NCBI GenBank assembly: GCA_013239625.1 | Contig: MU054026.1 | Location: forward strand, 1,054,001-1,118,000 | Source: Lama guanicoe | Taxonomy: Eukaryota | Length of the DNA: 64,000 nt | Direction: 5' to 3' | Shown: one piece after another, positions 39,231 through 52,500 of the stretch | Numbering within the stretch: the stretch's first letter is position 1 | How the letters are laid out: each line of letters starts with the position of its first letter | Notes under the pieces: generated by a model | The model's database searches: none | Told to the model about the DNA's origin: nothing | Seen by the model: the letters and a program-made list of their open reading frames with translations, nothing else | Program-made: the position numbers and the translations under genes

Positions 39231-40949
39231 CAGATTTAACTCTGGCAGAAGACTAAAAGGACCAACAATGCCATATCGACTTAATTCAGCCAGGAACTTT
39301 ATCTGCCTTTATCTGTTTCTCTAGTTCTACTAGTTTGTTTCAGTAGGAGAGTTGTTCAAAATTACCTGATGGACTATCAGAAGGGGACTCACCCCCAAGT
39401 TTTAATGACACGTTCTTTCTCTGACCGGAAGACTCTTTGCTAAAGTAGTTGAAGCCCTGTATGTACATCTACCTGTTCCACATTGATCATAAATTAATTT
39501 AAATTCCGATGCGTGTGACTACATTTTAAATATATTTTTCAAAAGATCTGTGAGCTACCTGGGCCAGGGCCTGGGCCTGAAAGCTTGCTATTCTTGGTAA
39601 GAGCCAGGAATACACACATCTTGTCTTCCATTAGAACTTGGGAAGGCAGGAGCCACCTTAGTGCATGGTGGATGAGTGTGTGGAGGAATGCTTGGCCAGT
39701 CACATACAGGTGAGATTGCGGTGGTAGTAAATCCTTTCCAGTCTGTGTCAAGCACCCTTAGTAGGTTTCTGCTTTGAGCCTTATGTTTATTTTTCTCCAA
39801 ATCCATATTTCAGAATGTTTTATCCATTGTATTCAACCCTTCTGTTAGTCTTCAGAGTAAATTCCATTGCCCAAGCCCATCTAAATGTAGCCCTTTTCCA
39901 CCTCCCTCATGTCAAGTTATTCCATCACTTCCCATGCCTTGAATTTAAAACACCAACTCTGAGGCAGATGGTGGAAATAATGAGGAAAGGGCTGGGCAGG
40001 AAGCTTAGATAGTTGAAATCTTGGATGTAGTATAAAGAAATTGGGAATCACTGGGGAAGCTGCATTGTTTTCATTAATGATTCTCTTAATACAAGAAACA
40101 AAGCCATTTTCATAATAATCAGAAAAATCTGGGACGAGCAAGCTAGGATTTGAAATGTAGTGTTCTATACACAGCAATTAATGATGTATATCATCTGTTT
40201 CCAATCTATCAGTAATATTGCAAAAATGAACTTGCAATTAAAATTACCATAAGGAGCATCAGGGGAGAGGCTGCAGAAAGCAATCATTTCAGAAGCATTA
40301 CTGGAGTGTTTTAAGTACATATCATTCAACTATTTAAATTAAGATTTACCCTTCTTTTCTTCTAAAATGTATTTTAATTAGAAAAGATCAAAGAATAAAA
40401 GCACTTTTCATGTAATCAAAGGAAATATTTCTTATAAAGAAATCCATACAAGTCAATATTAGGGAGCACAAACTTTCATTTCAAGAGAGAGGCAAAGCTT
40501 AAAATGAAAATGCTTCTGGAGAAAGAGGTGTATAAGCAGCTGTATATATTTAAATTTGCCTCAGTTACTTTCATTTAATAAAAAGAAAAAAAACTGCTTA
40601 CAAATATGCTTTTTTTTTTCCCTGCAGCCTTTTCTATGCACTAGAGCAAGCCTCTAACCTACTCTCTGATTTCTTGAATCATTTATGTTATCAGCCTAGA
40701 TTCTGGCTTTTCGGAAGCAGAAATAATCAATATCATACATACGGTTTTTGTTCATTTACAAAACATGTGCACTTAAAAATAATAGGTATTATTATGTCAT
40801 TCATTGTTAAAATGTAAATAAATTTAAATACACTATTTGGGATACACATACACACATATACTCATATATACAAGTATATGTATCTATATAGATAAATACT
40901 ATGCATGCATGTATCTTGTTCTGGTTGCACAGAATGTTATGATTTTGCT

Positions 40950-42780
40950 ATCTGTGTTGATAAATGATTGATATATGTATATATAACTAATTCACTAATT
41001 TTAAGGGCTGTATTCATAACATTCCAATCAATTAATACACTGAAAATTCATACTAACTTATTATAAAACGTTTCTCCCAGTTTTTTCACATTAACAGCGG
41101 CATTGCCATGAACATTTCTGTGTGCATCTCTTCAAACACACGTGCAAAAACTTCTTCGCAGGATGGAGTGAAATTGAGCTGGGCAATGGTGTGCAAATAT
41201 TCAATTTTATCGGGACTGACAAACTGCTTTCCCAAATAACTGTATCAATTTTAACATCTTCTAGAATATATAAAAATCATCTTTCTACATCTTAATTATT
41301 GTATTTTAAGTGTTTGCTAGTCTAGTGTGACACTGTATAGCATTCTTTTGATTTCCATTCTGTTATCAATTAAGTGGAACACTTTTTTATGGACCTTTGT
41401 TGTCCCTCTTTGTTGTCTTTTTTATATACTTTGCTTACATTTTTATTGTTACTTATTTTTGTATATTAATTAGTAGGAGTTTCTTATATATCCTGACTAA
41501 TTTTTTGTTTCTTCTATGTCATACATGTATATACCATTCAGTCACTTTTTTTTAGTTTATCTCTTATCTAAGTTTCCTTGGTATGTTGTGTTTTGTAATT
41601 TGCCTAAAAATGTCTTCCTTAGCAAGATAAACTGGTGTTGCTGGTCGAATCAATTACATTAATTTCATATTGGTTTCTTTATTACATCAAATTCTGAAAG
41701 AATTATATCTGAAAGTTAAAACGCTAAGATTGAAGGTTTGTCCACTTATAATTTTGTTAGTTTGTGTTGCATACAAGATGATTTTGTTAAGAGCACGTGA
41801 GTATGTTCTAGATTGGTGCATTTTCTGATATTTTGATCCTTATCTTTTTTACTGCTTTATACATCAAATTCTATTACTTTACCTTTTTTATTTTAGTTCT
41901 ATTCTGCAATCCTTTTTCTCCCCTGTCATTTTGTTTGTTTATTTATTTATTTAAAATACACATAATTATTTTATCTTATTTCATTTATTTTTGGGTGGAG
42001 TGGTAAATTAGGTTTATTTATTTATTTATTTATTTTTAGAGGAGGTACTGGGGACTGAACCCAGGAACCCATGCATCCTAAGCACACACTCTACCACTTG
42101 AGCTATACCCACCTCCCTGTCACTTTGTTTAAATTGTCCTTGTAAAAAGCATAAGAAGGATTTTTGTTTTAACTTGAAATGCAATATGAGACTTTTAAAG
42201 GCAATGCTAATCTAGTTGCATGTTTTATAATTACTGATACATTGACTTGCTTAGTGTTTCCTATTTATGATTTCCTATTTTCTTTGTTTCTCTCTTAAAA
42301 CATTTCTGTCTTTAACAATTCTTTGTTCCGTTTTTATCCCTCTTATTGCTCAGAAGTTAAAGTTTAGATTTCTATTATTTTACTCTCTGTTTTTCCACAT
42401 ATTCATCTTTTTTTTCCCCCTAAGTAAAGACAATAATTAGGTGTTTTTGTTCTCTTGGCAAACAAGGCAATTTCATACTCCAATAGCCCTCCAATTTTTA
42501 ACATTTCATCTTCCAACTAATTGTTATTTAGAATTCCACTCTACATTTCAAAAATTTGAAATAGTTGATATAATGATGTATACATACATTATCAAGTACA
42601 TGATAATAAAATGCATATTTATAAGCTCTGCACCCAACTTAAGCATCAAAACGGTCTCGTAACATTGAAGCTCCCAAGGGCCTCTCTGTAATTGCACCTC
42701 TCTATTGTCTTCTTCTGAATTTATAATAATTTGCTTTATTTAGACTCCTGCTACATGTTTATGTACTGATCATTATCACA
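40950..42780 (-). mobile_element. Very old L1ME-type fragments
   Basis: tgccatgaacatttctgtgtgcatctc...caaactgctttcccaaataactgtatcaattt; patchy and approximate. Confidence 0.55.
41937..42114 (-). mobile_element. vic-1-like SINE, long form
   Basis: 16-bp TSD ccctgtca(t/c)tttgttt at 41921-41936 and 42115-42130; tRNA-like head. Confidence 0.92.
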
Positions 42781-42931
42781 GTGCACTCATACGCATTTTA
42801 CAAGTAAGAAAACATAAAGGCCCATAGTTCTTAAGAGTCCCTTTACATTCTTAAAATTATTGAAGACCCCCAAAGAGCTTCTTTTTACCTAATTAGATAT
42901 GCTGATATTTACTATATTAAAAATTATACTG

Positions 42932-43074
42932 CAGTTTTGAAATTTGCAAATACTAGCTACTATATATACAATAGGTAAACAATATGTTTATACTGAATAG
43001 CACAGGGAACTATATTCAATATCTTGTAGTAACTTATAATGAAAAAAATCTAAAAAGGAAAACAAAAAAAGCAA
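42932..43074 (+). mobile_element. Tiny L1 3'UTR fragment, truncated at both ends
   Basis: tttgaaatttgcaaatactagctac...tagcacagggaactatattcaatatcttgtagtaac followed by an A-rich tail. Confidence 0.85.
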
Positions 43075-44220
43075 AAAAATTAAAACAGAACTTTTAAATT
43101 TATTAATGTTACTTATGTCATTTAAATAAACAATAGTAAACCGATTACACATTAATATCAATAACGTTTATTTTCAGTCTATAATTTTCCCTAAATTAGC
43201 AATAGGGTAACATTGTTTTATAATGTTTACAAATCTCTTTAATATCTGATCTAAAGAAAAGGCAGCTGGATTCCTTTACGATTTCTTTATCCAATTTGCG
43301 GTGAATACATCTTGGTTAAACATATGCAAAAAATCCAAGTTCAGAAAAAGAAAGAGATTTTCATAGCTCTTCCAGATATTTGTACACATTCTTCTTTGAC
43401 AATATAGAGAAATTCAGCAAGTAATATTTCCTTAAAAATTAGTTGCCATTTGGAATCTAAAGCCATGTCAATGAATTTCGTACTCTCCTACCTTAAAATG
43501 TACTGGTTAACCTTGATTTTGAATGGGCATTTTATCAAAACATGCATAGCTTTCTAACATCATGCATTGGTCTTTTGGAAAATATTGATTTATCAAGTTA
43601 TATAGCTTTTCCAAATGGTAACACATTTGATTATACAAAACATCAGATTCATTAATTTTACCATTAATTTCACTTAAAAATTATTCCAGAGTTGGGAAGT
43701 TGTTAAGATCATGGTAAAGGATGCAAGTTTTCCAAAACTTTAATTTTTGCTTGGAAGCTCAAATTTTATGATTGGCCGCAAATATTGTCAGTTTATCTAT
43801 TTGACATGGAAGATTCCCGTCCTTAATTCTTAAGATCATGTTTGCCAGAAATCAAGTCTGAATAACTGTGGTTTATTTGTTAATCAGCCTTTCAAGCAAA
43901 AATGGTGTTCCATAAAAATATGACTAGTGCAGCTCATAACTCCAACAACTGTATAAGTGCTTTAACACTGGCAGCAGAACTACGTTATGCAAATTTTCAG
44001 TTTCATTACACAGACTATTAGAAAGTTGCGAACTCAAGGGTCAATATTTAAGTAAAGCAATAGCCATTCTTTACACTGTAAACATGTGGCAGCAAAGGAC
44101 TCAATGTACAAGTTTGATTTGGTACCACTGCTTTGATTCATGCTAAACCATGAGTCATTTTACCCAGTATTGTTTTTTTGCAACATTGGTACAAATGCCA
44201 GTGAAAAAGCCAAAATCTTA

Positions 44221-44973
44221 ACTTTTTTTTATTAAGGTATAGTCAGTTTACAATGTTGTGTCAATTTCTGGTGTGCAGCACAATTTTTCAGTCCTACATG
44301 AATATACACATATTCATTCTCATATTCTTTTTCACCGTGAGGTACTATAAGGTATTGAATATATTTCCCTGTGCTCTACAGTATAAATTTGTTTATCTAT
44401 TTTATATTTACTAGTCAGTATCTGCAAATCTCGAACTCCTAGTTTATCCCTTCCCACCCCCTCCCTTCTGGCAACCACAAGTCTGTATTCTATGTCTGTT
44501 AATCTGTTTCTGTTTTATATATAAGTTCATTTGTCTTTTTTTTTTTTCAGATTCCACATATGATTGATGTCATACAGTATTTTTTTCTTTCTGGCTTACT
44601 TCACTTAGAGACATTCTCCAGGGACATCCATCTTGCTGCAAATGGTATTATGTTGTCATTTTTATGGCTGAGTAGTATTCCATTGTAAAAATATACCACA
44701 ACTTCTTTATCCAGTCATCTGTGGATGGACATTTAGGTGGTTTCCATGTCTTGGCTATTGTAAATAGTGCTGCTGTGGACATTGAGGTGCGGGTATTTTT
44801 CACTTAGAGTTCCCTCTGGCTATATGCCCAGGAATGGGATTGCTGGGTCGTATGGTAAGTCTATTTTTAGTCTTTTGAGGAATCTCCATACTGCTTTCCA
44901 CAATGGCTGGACCAAACTGCATTCCCACCAACAATGTAGGAGGGTTCTCTTTTCTACACCCTCTCCAGCATTT
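44221..44973 (-). mobile_element. Young 5'-truncated L1
   Basis: Poly-T; TSD gaaaaagccaaaa(t)ctta at 44203-44220 and 44975-44991. Confidence 0.94.
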
Positions 44974-46769
44974 AGAAAAAGCCAAAACTTATTAATAGAA
45001 TGAAAATAGTTTTGACCTCATGGATCCACCGAAGAAGTCTTGGGAATGCCCAGAGTTCTATGTTTCACACTTTGAGAACTACTGTTAAAGATAATCCTTC
45101 TTTACTTACTTTCTGACCCCATCTTTTGCTATCTTCTCTGAGATATAATTTTATAAATTTTTCCACTTCACCAGCATCTACAAATTTTCTTTCCTCACCA
45201 GCCTTCTGCAACGGCCTACAAAGTTGAATCTCTGTTATCCCATGTCTTGTTATTGATGTATTATCAATACTGATTTTTAAAAAAAGAAAGAATTGCTCTA
45301 TAGTATATTTATCCCTTTAAGGGAGCTGATTATAGAAATCTGAAACAGACAAGTGATAATATTGTGTTTAGATGTAGCCAATACAATCAAAAGAAACTCT
45401 TTCATTAAAAGATATTCACAGGTGTGCTCTCTGGCTTCTTTCCTACTGAAAGTTACGGTACAATGAAGTCAGGCCATGTTAACCTGGCACATCCTAACCT
45501 GATAATTTTCATCTGGGGATTAGCTTAATTTCAACAGGTTCTTGGATGTACCACTCTCATGGCATGGATTACTAACCTGATTTCCCATTTGGGCTATCTT
45601 GACTTCAAAGGTAGATTTTGTGAAAAAGCTCACAGACATCATTTTAATGTTAAAATTCATTAAGTGACTATACTGTCATATATGAGGTATTGTAATGATA
45701 TCTTCCACCTATGAGAAGCAGAAATTTCTCCCAAATTATACAGCATTAAATTTTCTAAAATGAAAAGTACTTCATTAAAATTAAATTGTCCTAAATTGCT
45801 TAATCATACACTTAATTTAGACAAATTAAGGCATATAATGCATACTCTATAAGTATTAATTGATTATTAACTATTTCTTGGGTTTAGTTAATAATTAAGT
45901 TAATTAGTTTCTGGTTGTTCACTTTTTATTAATTTCATTAACTCAATTTCATTAATTGTTTTGAAGTTATATAGTTTTTTAATTATTAGGCTAACTTGCT
46001 CAATTTAATAATGTATAAGATTGGATATGTAGTGTAATGCTGTGGAAATACATTTACAAAATATTTTTAAAATTAAACCGTATTGTTAAATAGTGCAAAT
46101 ATTTGAATGACATAAAGAAAGTAATCTAGAGGCGTTACAGAAATATCTTAAATATTTCTTGAATGCTGTTATTTGAATTAAAGGTAATAATCATTTGGAA
46201 ACATACTCTTTTCCTCATGTGTTCAACTATACAAATGTTGTAGGTCATGTTTTCTTAGCTAGTTTACAACCAACTAATCTGAATAATTAATAAGAGTAGA
46301 AAATTTGCCTGGAAATTCTCCATTTATGGAGGAAAAGAGATGCTGCAGAGATAGGCTTTTGCTTTGAAAATCATAATATCCTAATTCCAGGGTATGTTCA
46401 AACACTTTTAGGTTTTAAGCAGCATTTCCAGATGGAAATGAATGTCTCCAAACCTGAGCTCTTAGTTCCTTTGACGATGAGCTAGATTAAAGGTGACGAT
46501 TGTAGGATTCATGAATAAGGTACCAATATGAACTGAGTCTTGAGGTCTTAAAGGTGAGGGAATCTTTTATAAATAGGTAGTACAAGAAAAGTGTTTTAGG
46601 TACAGAATGAATGAGAAAATGTTGAGAAAACATAAAGACATCAGAGATATAGAGACATACCTGGGCACCACGGACAACAATCAAGGCTTTGCTGTCTACC
46701 CAGGGAATGTCTCTTTGTCTCTCCCTCTGGCCTGAAACTCTCTCTCACCCACTGAACCTAATCTCATAT

Positions 46770-47869
46770 TTGTGTGTGTGTGTATTTGTATGTAGTCAGT
46801 TTACAATGTTGTGTCAATTTCTGTTGTACAGTATAATGCTTCAGTCATCCGTGAACATACATATATTCATTTTCATATTCTTTTTCACCATAAGTTACTA
46901 CAAGATGTTGACTGTAGTTCCCTGTGCTATACAGTATGAACTTGTTGTTTATTTTATATATATTAGTTAGTATCTGCAAATCTCAAATTTCCAATTTATC
47001 CTTCTCACCTGCTTCCCTCTCCCAGTAACCATAAGTTGTTTTTTTTTCTTTGTCTGTGAGTCTGTTTCTGTTTTGTAAATAAGTTCGTTTGTCTTGGTTT
47101 TTTGTTTTTTGTTTTGTTTTGTTTTATTTAGATTCCACTTATAAGTGATATCATTTTGTATTTTTGTTTCTTTCTGGTTTACTTACAATGATGATCTCCA
47201 GGTTCATCCATGTTGCTGCAAATGGCATTATTTTGTCATTTTTTATGGCTGAGTAGTATTCTATTGTATAAATATAGCACAACTTCTTTATCCAGTCATC
47301 TGTCAATGCAAATTTAGATTGTTTCCATGTCTTGGCTATTGTAAGTAGTGCTGCTATGAACATTGAGGTGCATATATTTCTTTGAATTAGAGTTCCTTCT
47401 GGATATATGCCCAGGAGTGGGTTTGCTGGATCACATGGTATTTTTAGTTTTCTGAGGAGTCTCCATACTGTTTTCCATAATGGCTGCACCAAACTATATT
47501 CCCACAAATAGTGTAAGAGGGTTCCCTTTTGTCCACACCCTCTCCAGCTTTTATTTTCTGTGGACTTTTGAATGATGGCCATTCTGGTGGTGTGAGGTGA
47601 TGCCTCATTGTAGTTTTGATTTACATTTCTCTGATAATTAAAATATTGAACATTTTTTCATGTGCTTATTGGCCACTTGTATGTCTTCATTGGAAAATTG
47701 CTTGTTTAGGTTTTCTGCCCATTTTGGGGTTGGGTTGTTTGTTTTTTCTTATTAAGTTGTAGGAGCTGTTTATATATTTTGGAAATTAAGCCCTTGTTAG
47801 TCTCATTTTTGCAAATATTTTCTCATTCTGTATGTTGTCTTTTTGTTTTGCTTATGGTTTCCTTTGCTG
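46770..47869 (-). mobile_element. Young L1 ORF2 3' end plus 3'UTR
   Basis: Minus-strand ORF 47151-47582 is the ORF2p C-terminus; tail degraded to (TG)n. Confidence 0.94.
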
Positions 47870-48179
47870 CACTTTGCTTTTCTGTTTGCCAGGAGCTCTG
47901 CTTCTGTCCCTGCTGACCCCCTGGCAGGAGAGGGGACATCCCAGGGTGAGGGCACCTTTCATCCTTTGCCGCTGCCTTTCCACAGGACTGGTCTTCCACC
48001 TATTTTCTTTTTCTTTTTTTTTTTTTCCTCTTACTGCATTTTGTGAGGATCCTCCTGTATTTCAAAGCGAGAGGCACTCTGCCAGAGTTCAGTGGGTTTT
48101 CTGTGCAATTCCGTGGGTTTAATTCTTGGTGTATTTGTGGGAGAGTGTGAGCTGTGCGTCTCTACTCTGCCACCTTGGC
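47867..48179 (-). mobile_element. L1 5'UTR 5'-terminal ~310 nt (promoter end)
   Basis: GC-richer; sense strand begins ccaaggtggcagagtagagacg...ctcccacaaatacacc...cactgaactctggcaga, resembling the start of cetartiodactyl L1 5'UTRs (AAGATGGCG YY1 motif mutated). Confidence 0.8.
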
Positions 48180-48214
48180 ACGTTCAAGGTGTCTTTACCT
48201 TGATTAGAAAATTC

Positions 48215-48356
48215 GAGGAGTTTCCAAGGTGCTAGATTTTATTTCTTGATCTATGGGGTGGTTACACAGACATGATGTTTTTGGTAATTAATTAAACCAT
48301 GAACTTATTATTGGCATATTTTTCTACATGTATGCAAGTATTTAACTAAATAAAAA
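48215..48356 (+). mobile_element. Old L1ME-type 3' terminal fragment
   Basis: ttttatttcttgatctatggggtggttacacag. Confidence 0.55.
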
Positions 48357-48569
48357 TGTTATGCCAACCTAAGACAGCCTAAAAGGGGGTTTCCAAGAGT
48401 TCTAATAAAGGTTCTCCTAATAATTTCTTGAGCATATGGCGGGGTACAACGCTATCTGCTTTGGCTGTGCGATTGCTCAGCTACTACTTTCCCCTACCCT
48501 CTCTTCCTGCTCAAAAGGTGGAATTTATAAAATGATATAAAACTAGTACTTTTTTAGGGAGAAGTCAGG

Positions 48570-48740
48570 CTTCATGGGAACACACTGTTGTGAGCATCAG
48601 AAGACGTGGTGAAGTTTGCTCTGGTTCACTCTTGAACGTTTGTTTGACTTTGGGTCCTTTCTACTCAAATTGTACCCTTTAAAGTGAGTTTGTTGGACTC
48701 AACTGTAGTTAAAATCCGTTCCAAATCCAGCTCTTAGTTT
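48570..48740 (+). mobile_element. MIR3-like SINE
   Basis: tcagaagac...tgactttggg...ttggactcaa...ttccaaatccagctct. Confidence 0.45.
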
Positions 48741-48819
48741 TGCTTTGTGCATTCTGACAGTGAGATACAAAGGTTCCAGCACCTCCTGAACCTCAATTTG
48801 AAATCAACCGATCAGTGCT

Positions 48820-49200
48820 TGTATAATAACTTCATGTGTGCTGAAGACTCTGATAAACTCAATGAGGAATTGAAGAGACTTAAAATCTAAAGACATTCAC
48901 TTTGAAGGACATACAGCATAATTTAGAAAAATAATATAGTCAGAACAAAGAACAATTACAGAATCAAGGTGGAGTGTATGATATATCCTGAATTAAATCA
49001 TAAAAAGGAACTTTCTATCTGGAATTATTTTGGTTAAGGCATGGTTGAGGAATTTTGCTTTCTCTACCATGGTAGAGAAAAAGCTGGGCCTTGGGGAGTA
49101 GAGAAAATTGGTGAGACTGAAAAGGCAAATATATTGTCTTAGATGTCCAGCATGAGCAAAGGCAGGAAATAAAATAGGAATATGCATGGGAAAAGGTTTC
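48820..49200 (-). mobile_element. L2 fragment
   Basis: Purine-rich, agctgggccttg...cagcatgagcaaaggcagga. Confidence 0.45.
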
Positions 49201-49599
49201 TCCAGGGCTCAGCAATGCTACCTTCTAGACATACATTAAGGATTAAGAATGTTTAGTGGATGTAAACTCATTGATTGGAACCTTCATTCTGCTGGAGACT
49301 GACTACTGAATTTTGTAATTTGGAAACAGGATAGCCTTAAAATAAGAGGTCTGATCTCTCAAAAATGATGCTGGCAGAGAAAGCCCAACCATTCCAGGAC
49401 CCACTTCACAACTAGGGCACTGGCAGGCAGAGCAGTCCACGCACAGAGCCAGCATCACCCGCCTTGTTCTCCTCCTTCCCTTCAATCAAGGAGACCTGGA
49501 ACCAGCAGCTTCTGCCCTTTCTTCACATGGAGGTAGTGCAGAGACACCCGCGGCCCAGGAAAGCTCCTTCCAGCCCTGCAGATAACACTTTCAGGCATT

Positions 49600-52500
49600 G
49601 AACATGAGCCCCAACAGCGCTAATGGGATGAAACAGACCAGAGTATAATTTCAAGGAGTGTAAAAACAAAACTGTCATCGAGTCTAAAGTCCACGAATGT
49701 AGGTCAGAACTCACATATTAGCCCCAAATATGGCAACCATCTGCTAAAATAGAAGAATTAATTAGGATCAGGGGTTTCCTATCATAATGACTAAAATGTC
49801 CAGGATATACAATAAACAGTATTCATCATGCTGAAAACTGGAAAAATCATGAGCTGAATAAGAAAATACAATTATTTGATTCCAATACTAATATAAATCA
49901 GGTGCCAGAATCGTCTGATAAGGGTTTTAGGACAGCTATCATAAAATGCTTCTACAATCATTACAAATTCTCATGAAACTTTTTTTTAATCTTAATAAAG
50001 AGATAGAAGGTATAAAGAGAACCAAATAGAAACTATACAACTGAAAAACATAGCAATCAAAAAAAAAAAAAAGAAACATACGCAACAAACAAACAATTCT
50101 CACTGGATGGCCTCAATGGTAGAGTGAAGGTAAGAGATAGAACTAGTTAACTCAAAGACACATTCAAAAGAATTAACTCAATCTGAACTACAAATAGAAA
50201 ATAGACTGAAAGAAAAAATAAACCTTCCTGGGGATCTGTGGGATAATGGCAAATATCTAAGATTCTAATTATCAGAGTCCTGATGGAGAAGAGAAATGGT
50301 GTGGAATTTAAAAAGTAATAAAATAATGGCTGAAAACTTCCCAAATTTGGGGAATCACATAAACCTACAGTTTCAAGGAGCTGGTTAAGATCCAAATAGA
50401 ATAAACTCAGGTCTACAGTAATTGCATCATAATTAAATTCTTAAAAATACATAGAAACAACACATTTTTTTAAAAACCATAGTGAAGTGATAAATCACCT
50501 ATAAGTGAAAAGTATTAATTGACAGAGAATTTATCATATAAATCCATGAAAGTCAGAAGGAAGTGGCACAAGCATTTTCAAGTACTGAGAGAAAAGAACT
50601 GTCAAATCTACAGCCTGTATCTGGTGAAATTACCCTTCAGTGGTGGAGAAGAAATGAAGACACTCTCATATGAAGGGAAACTAAGAGAATGTGTTGCTAG
50701 CAGATCTACCTTTAAAGAATGGTTAAAAGAAACTCTATAAACAGAAATAAAATGATCACAGAAGAATGCGATCTTTAGAAGCAAAGAAATTGAGAATGAG
50801 TTAAAATAGCAGTGAACATAATAAATATATAAACACAATATATACATAATAATATATACATGATAAAAACATAATACATAATACCTATAATTATTTGTAG
50901 GCGTTTTGATGATGGCCATTCTGACCAGTGTGACAATTCTGACCAAATGTAATTTGCATTTCTCGGTTAGTGACGTTGAACATATTTTCATGTGACTGTT
51001 GGCCATCTGTATGTCTTCTTTGGAAGAATGCCTATTTAGGGTTTCTGTCTATTTTTTGATTGGGTTGTTTGTCTTCATCTTGATACTGAGTTGTACCAGC
51101 TCTCTGCATATTTTGGATATTAACCCCTTGTCAGTCACATCATTTGCATATGTTTTCTCCCATTCTCTACATTGTCTTTTTATTTTATTACTGGTTTCCT
51201 TTGCTGTGCAAAAGCTTTTCAACTTGTTGATTTGATTAGATCCAGTGGTTTATTTTTGCTTTTATTTCCTTTGCCTTGGGAGACTGATCCAAGAAAATAT
51301 TTGCTCCTATTTGTTAGATAATATTTTGCCTGTGTTCTCTCCTAGGAGTTTTATGTCATCATGTCTGACATTTAGGCTTTGAACCAGTTTGAGTTTATTT
51401 TCGTATATAGTATAAGGGATTGTTCTAATTTCATCCTTTTTTCATACAGCTGTCTGGCTTTTCCAACATCACTGGTTGAAAGGACTGTATTTTCTCCATT
51501 GTATATTCTTGCCTCCTCTTTGAAAACATGCAGAAACTTATTACAGCATGCATACTTAAAGGGGAGACACTAAAATGGCCCAACCAATTTTGAAAAAGAA
51601 TAAAAAAATGAAATTCGTGATATTAAACCTACTATACAGATGTAGCAAACAAATCAGTTTTGTACTGGCAAGAGATGGATACAAAGATCAATGGAACAGA
51701 ATAGAGAACCCAGACATATATTCATGCAAATATAACCAATTATTTTTAACAATACACAATCATTTTAATAGAGAGAGAATAACCTTTTCTAGTAAATGAT
51801 GCTAGTACATCCATCATCAAAAAAGAGAGCACTTTATACAAAAATTAATTCAAAATGGATGATTCTCTTAAATGTAAAGCATAAAACATTATTTTTTTCT
51901 AGAAGAGAACACAGCAGAAAATCTTTACAACCTAGGAATAAGCGATGTTCTTCATTTTGATACCAAATTCATGATCCATAAGAGGAAAAATCCGTAAACT
52001 GAACCTCAACAAATTAAAAAAAAATTTCTCTACAAAATATCCTATTAAAGGAAATAAAAGGCAAATTATAGACTGGGGGAAGATATTTGCAAATCGCATA
52101 TATGACAAAGGGCTTGACTCTAGAATATACAAGAACTCTCAAAACTCAATAGTAAAATAATAATCATCCATCTATAAAATGATCAAAGGACATACACAGA
52201 TATTTCACTGAAGAGGCTATAGAGTTGGCCAATAAATGCATGAGAAGATGTTCAGTATCATTAGTTATTGGAGAAATGCAAATTAAAACCATAATGAGAT
52301 ATACACCTAACAGAATGTGTTAAATAAGAATTTGTGATAACATCTACTGTTGACAGGGATGAGAATGTGAATGAGTACAGGCTGCCTGGTTAATACTTGG
52401 AGCATTTCCTTTCAAAACTAAAAATGGACTTCTCATAAGATCCAGCAATTTCACTCTTGGCCATCTTTCTCAATGAATTATAGACTCGAGCTCACATAGA

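Larger units (their letters stand above)
42822..45084 (-). mobile_element. Near full-length Charlie1a-like hAT transposon carrying two L1 insertions
   Basis: Right end atgaaaatagttttgacctc...cacactttgagaactactg and left end ccctttacattcttaaaattattgaagacccc match remembered Charlie1 ends. Confidence 0.85.
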
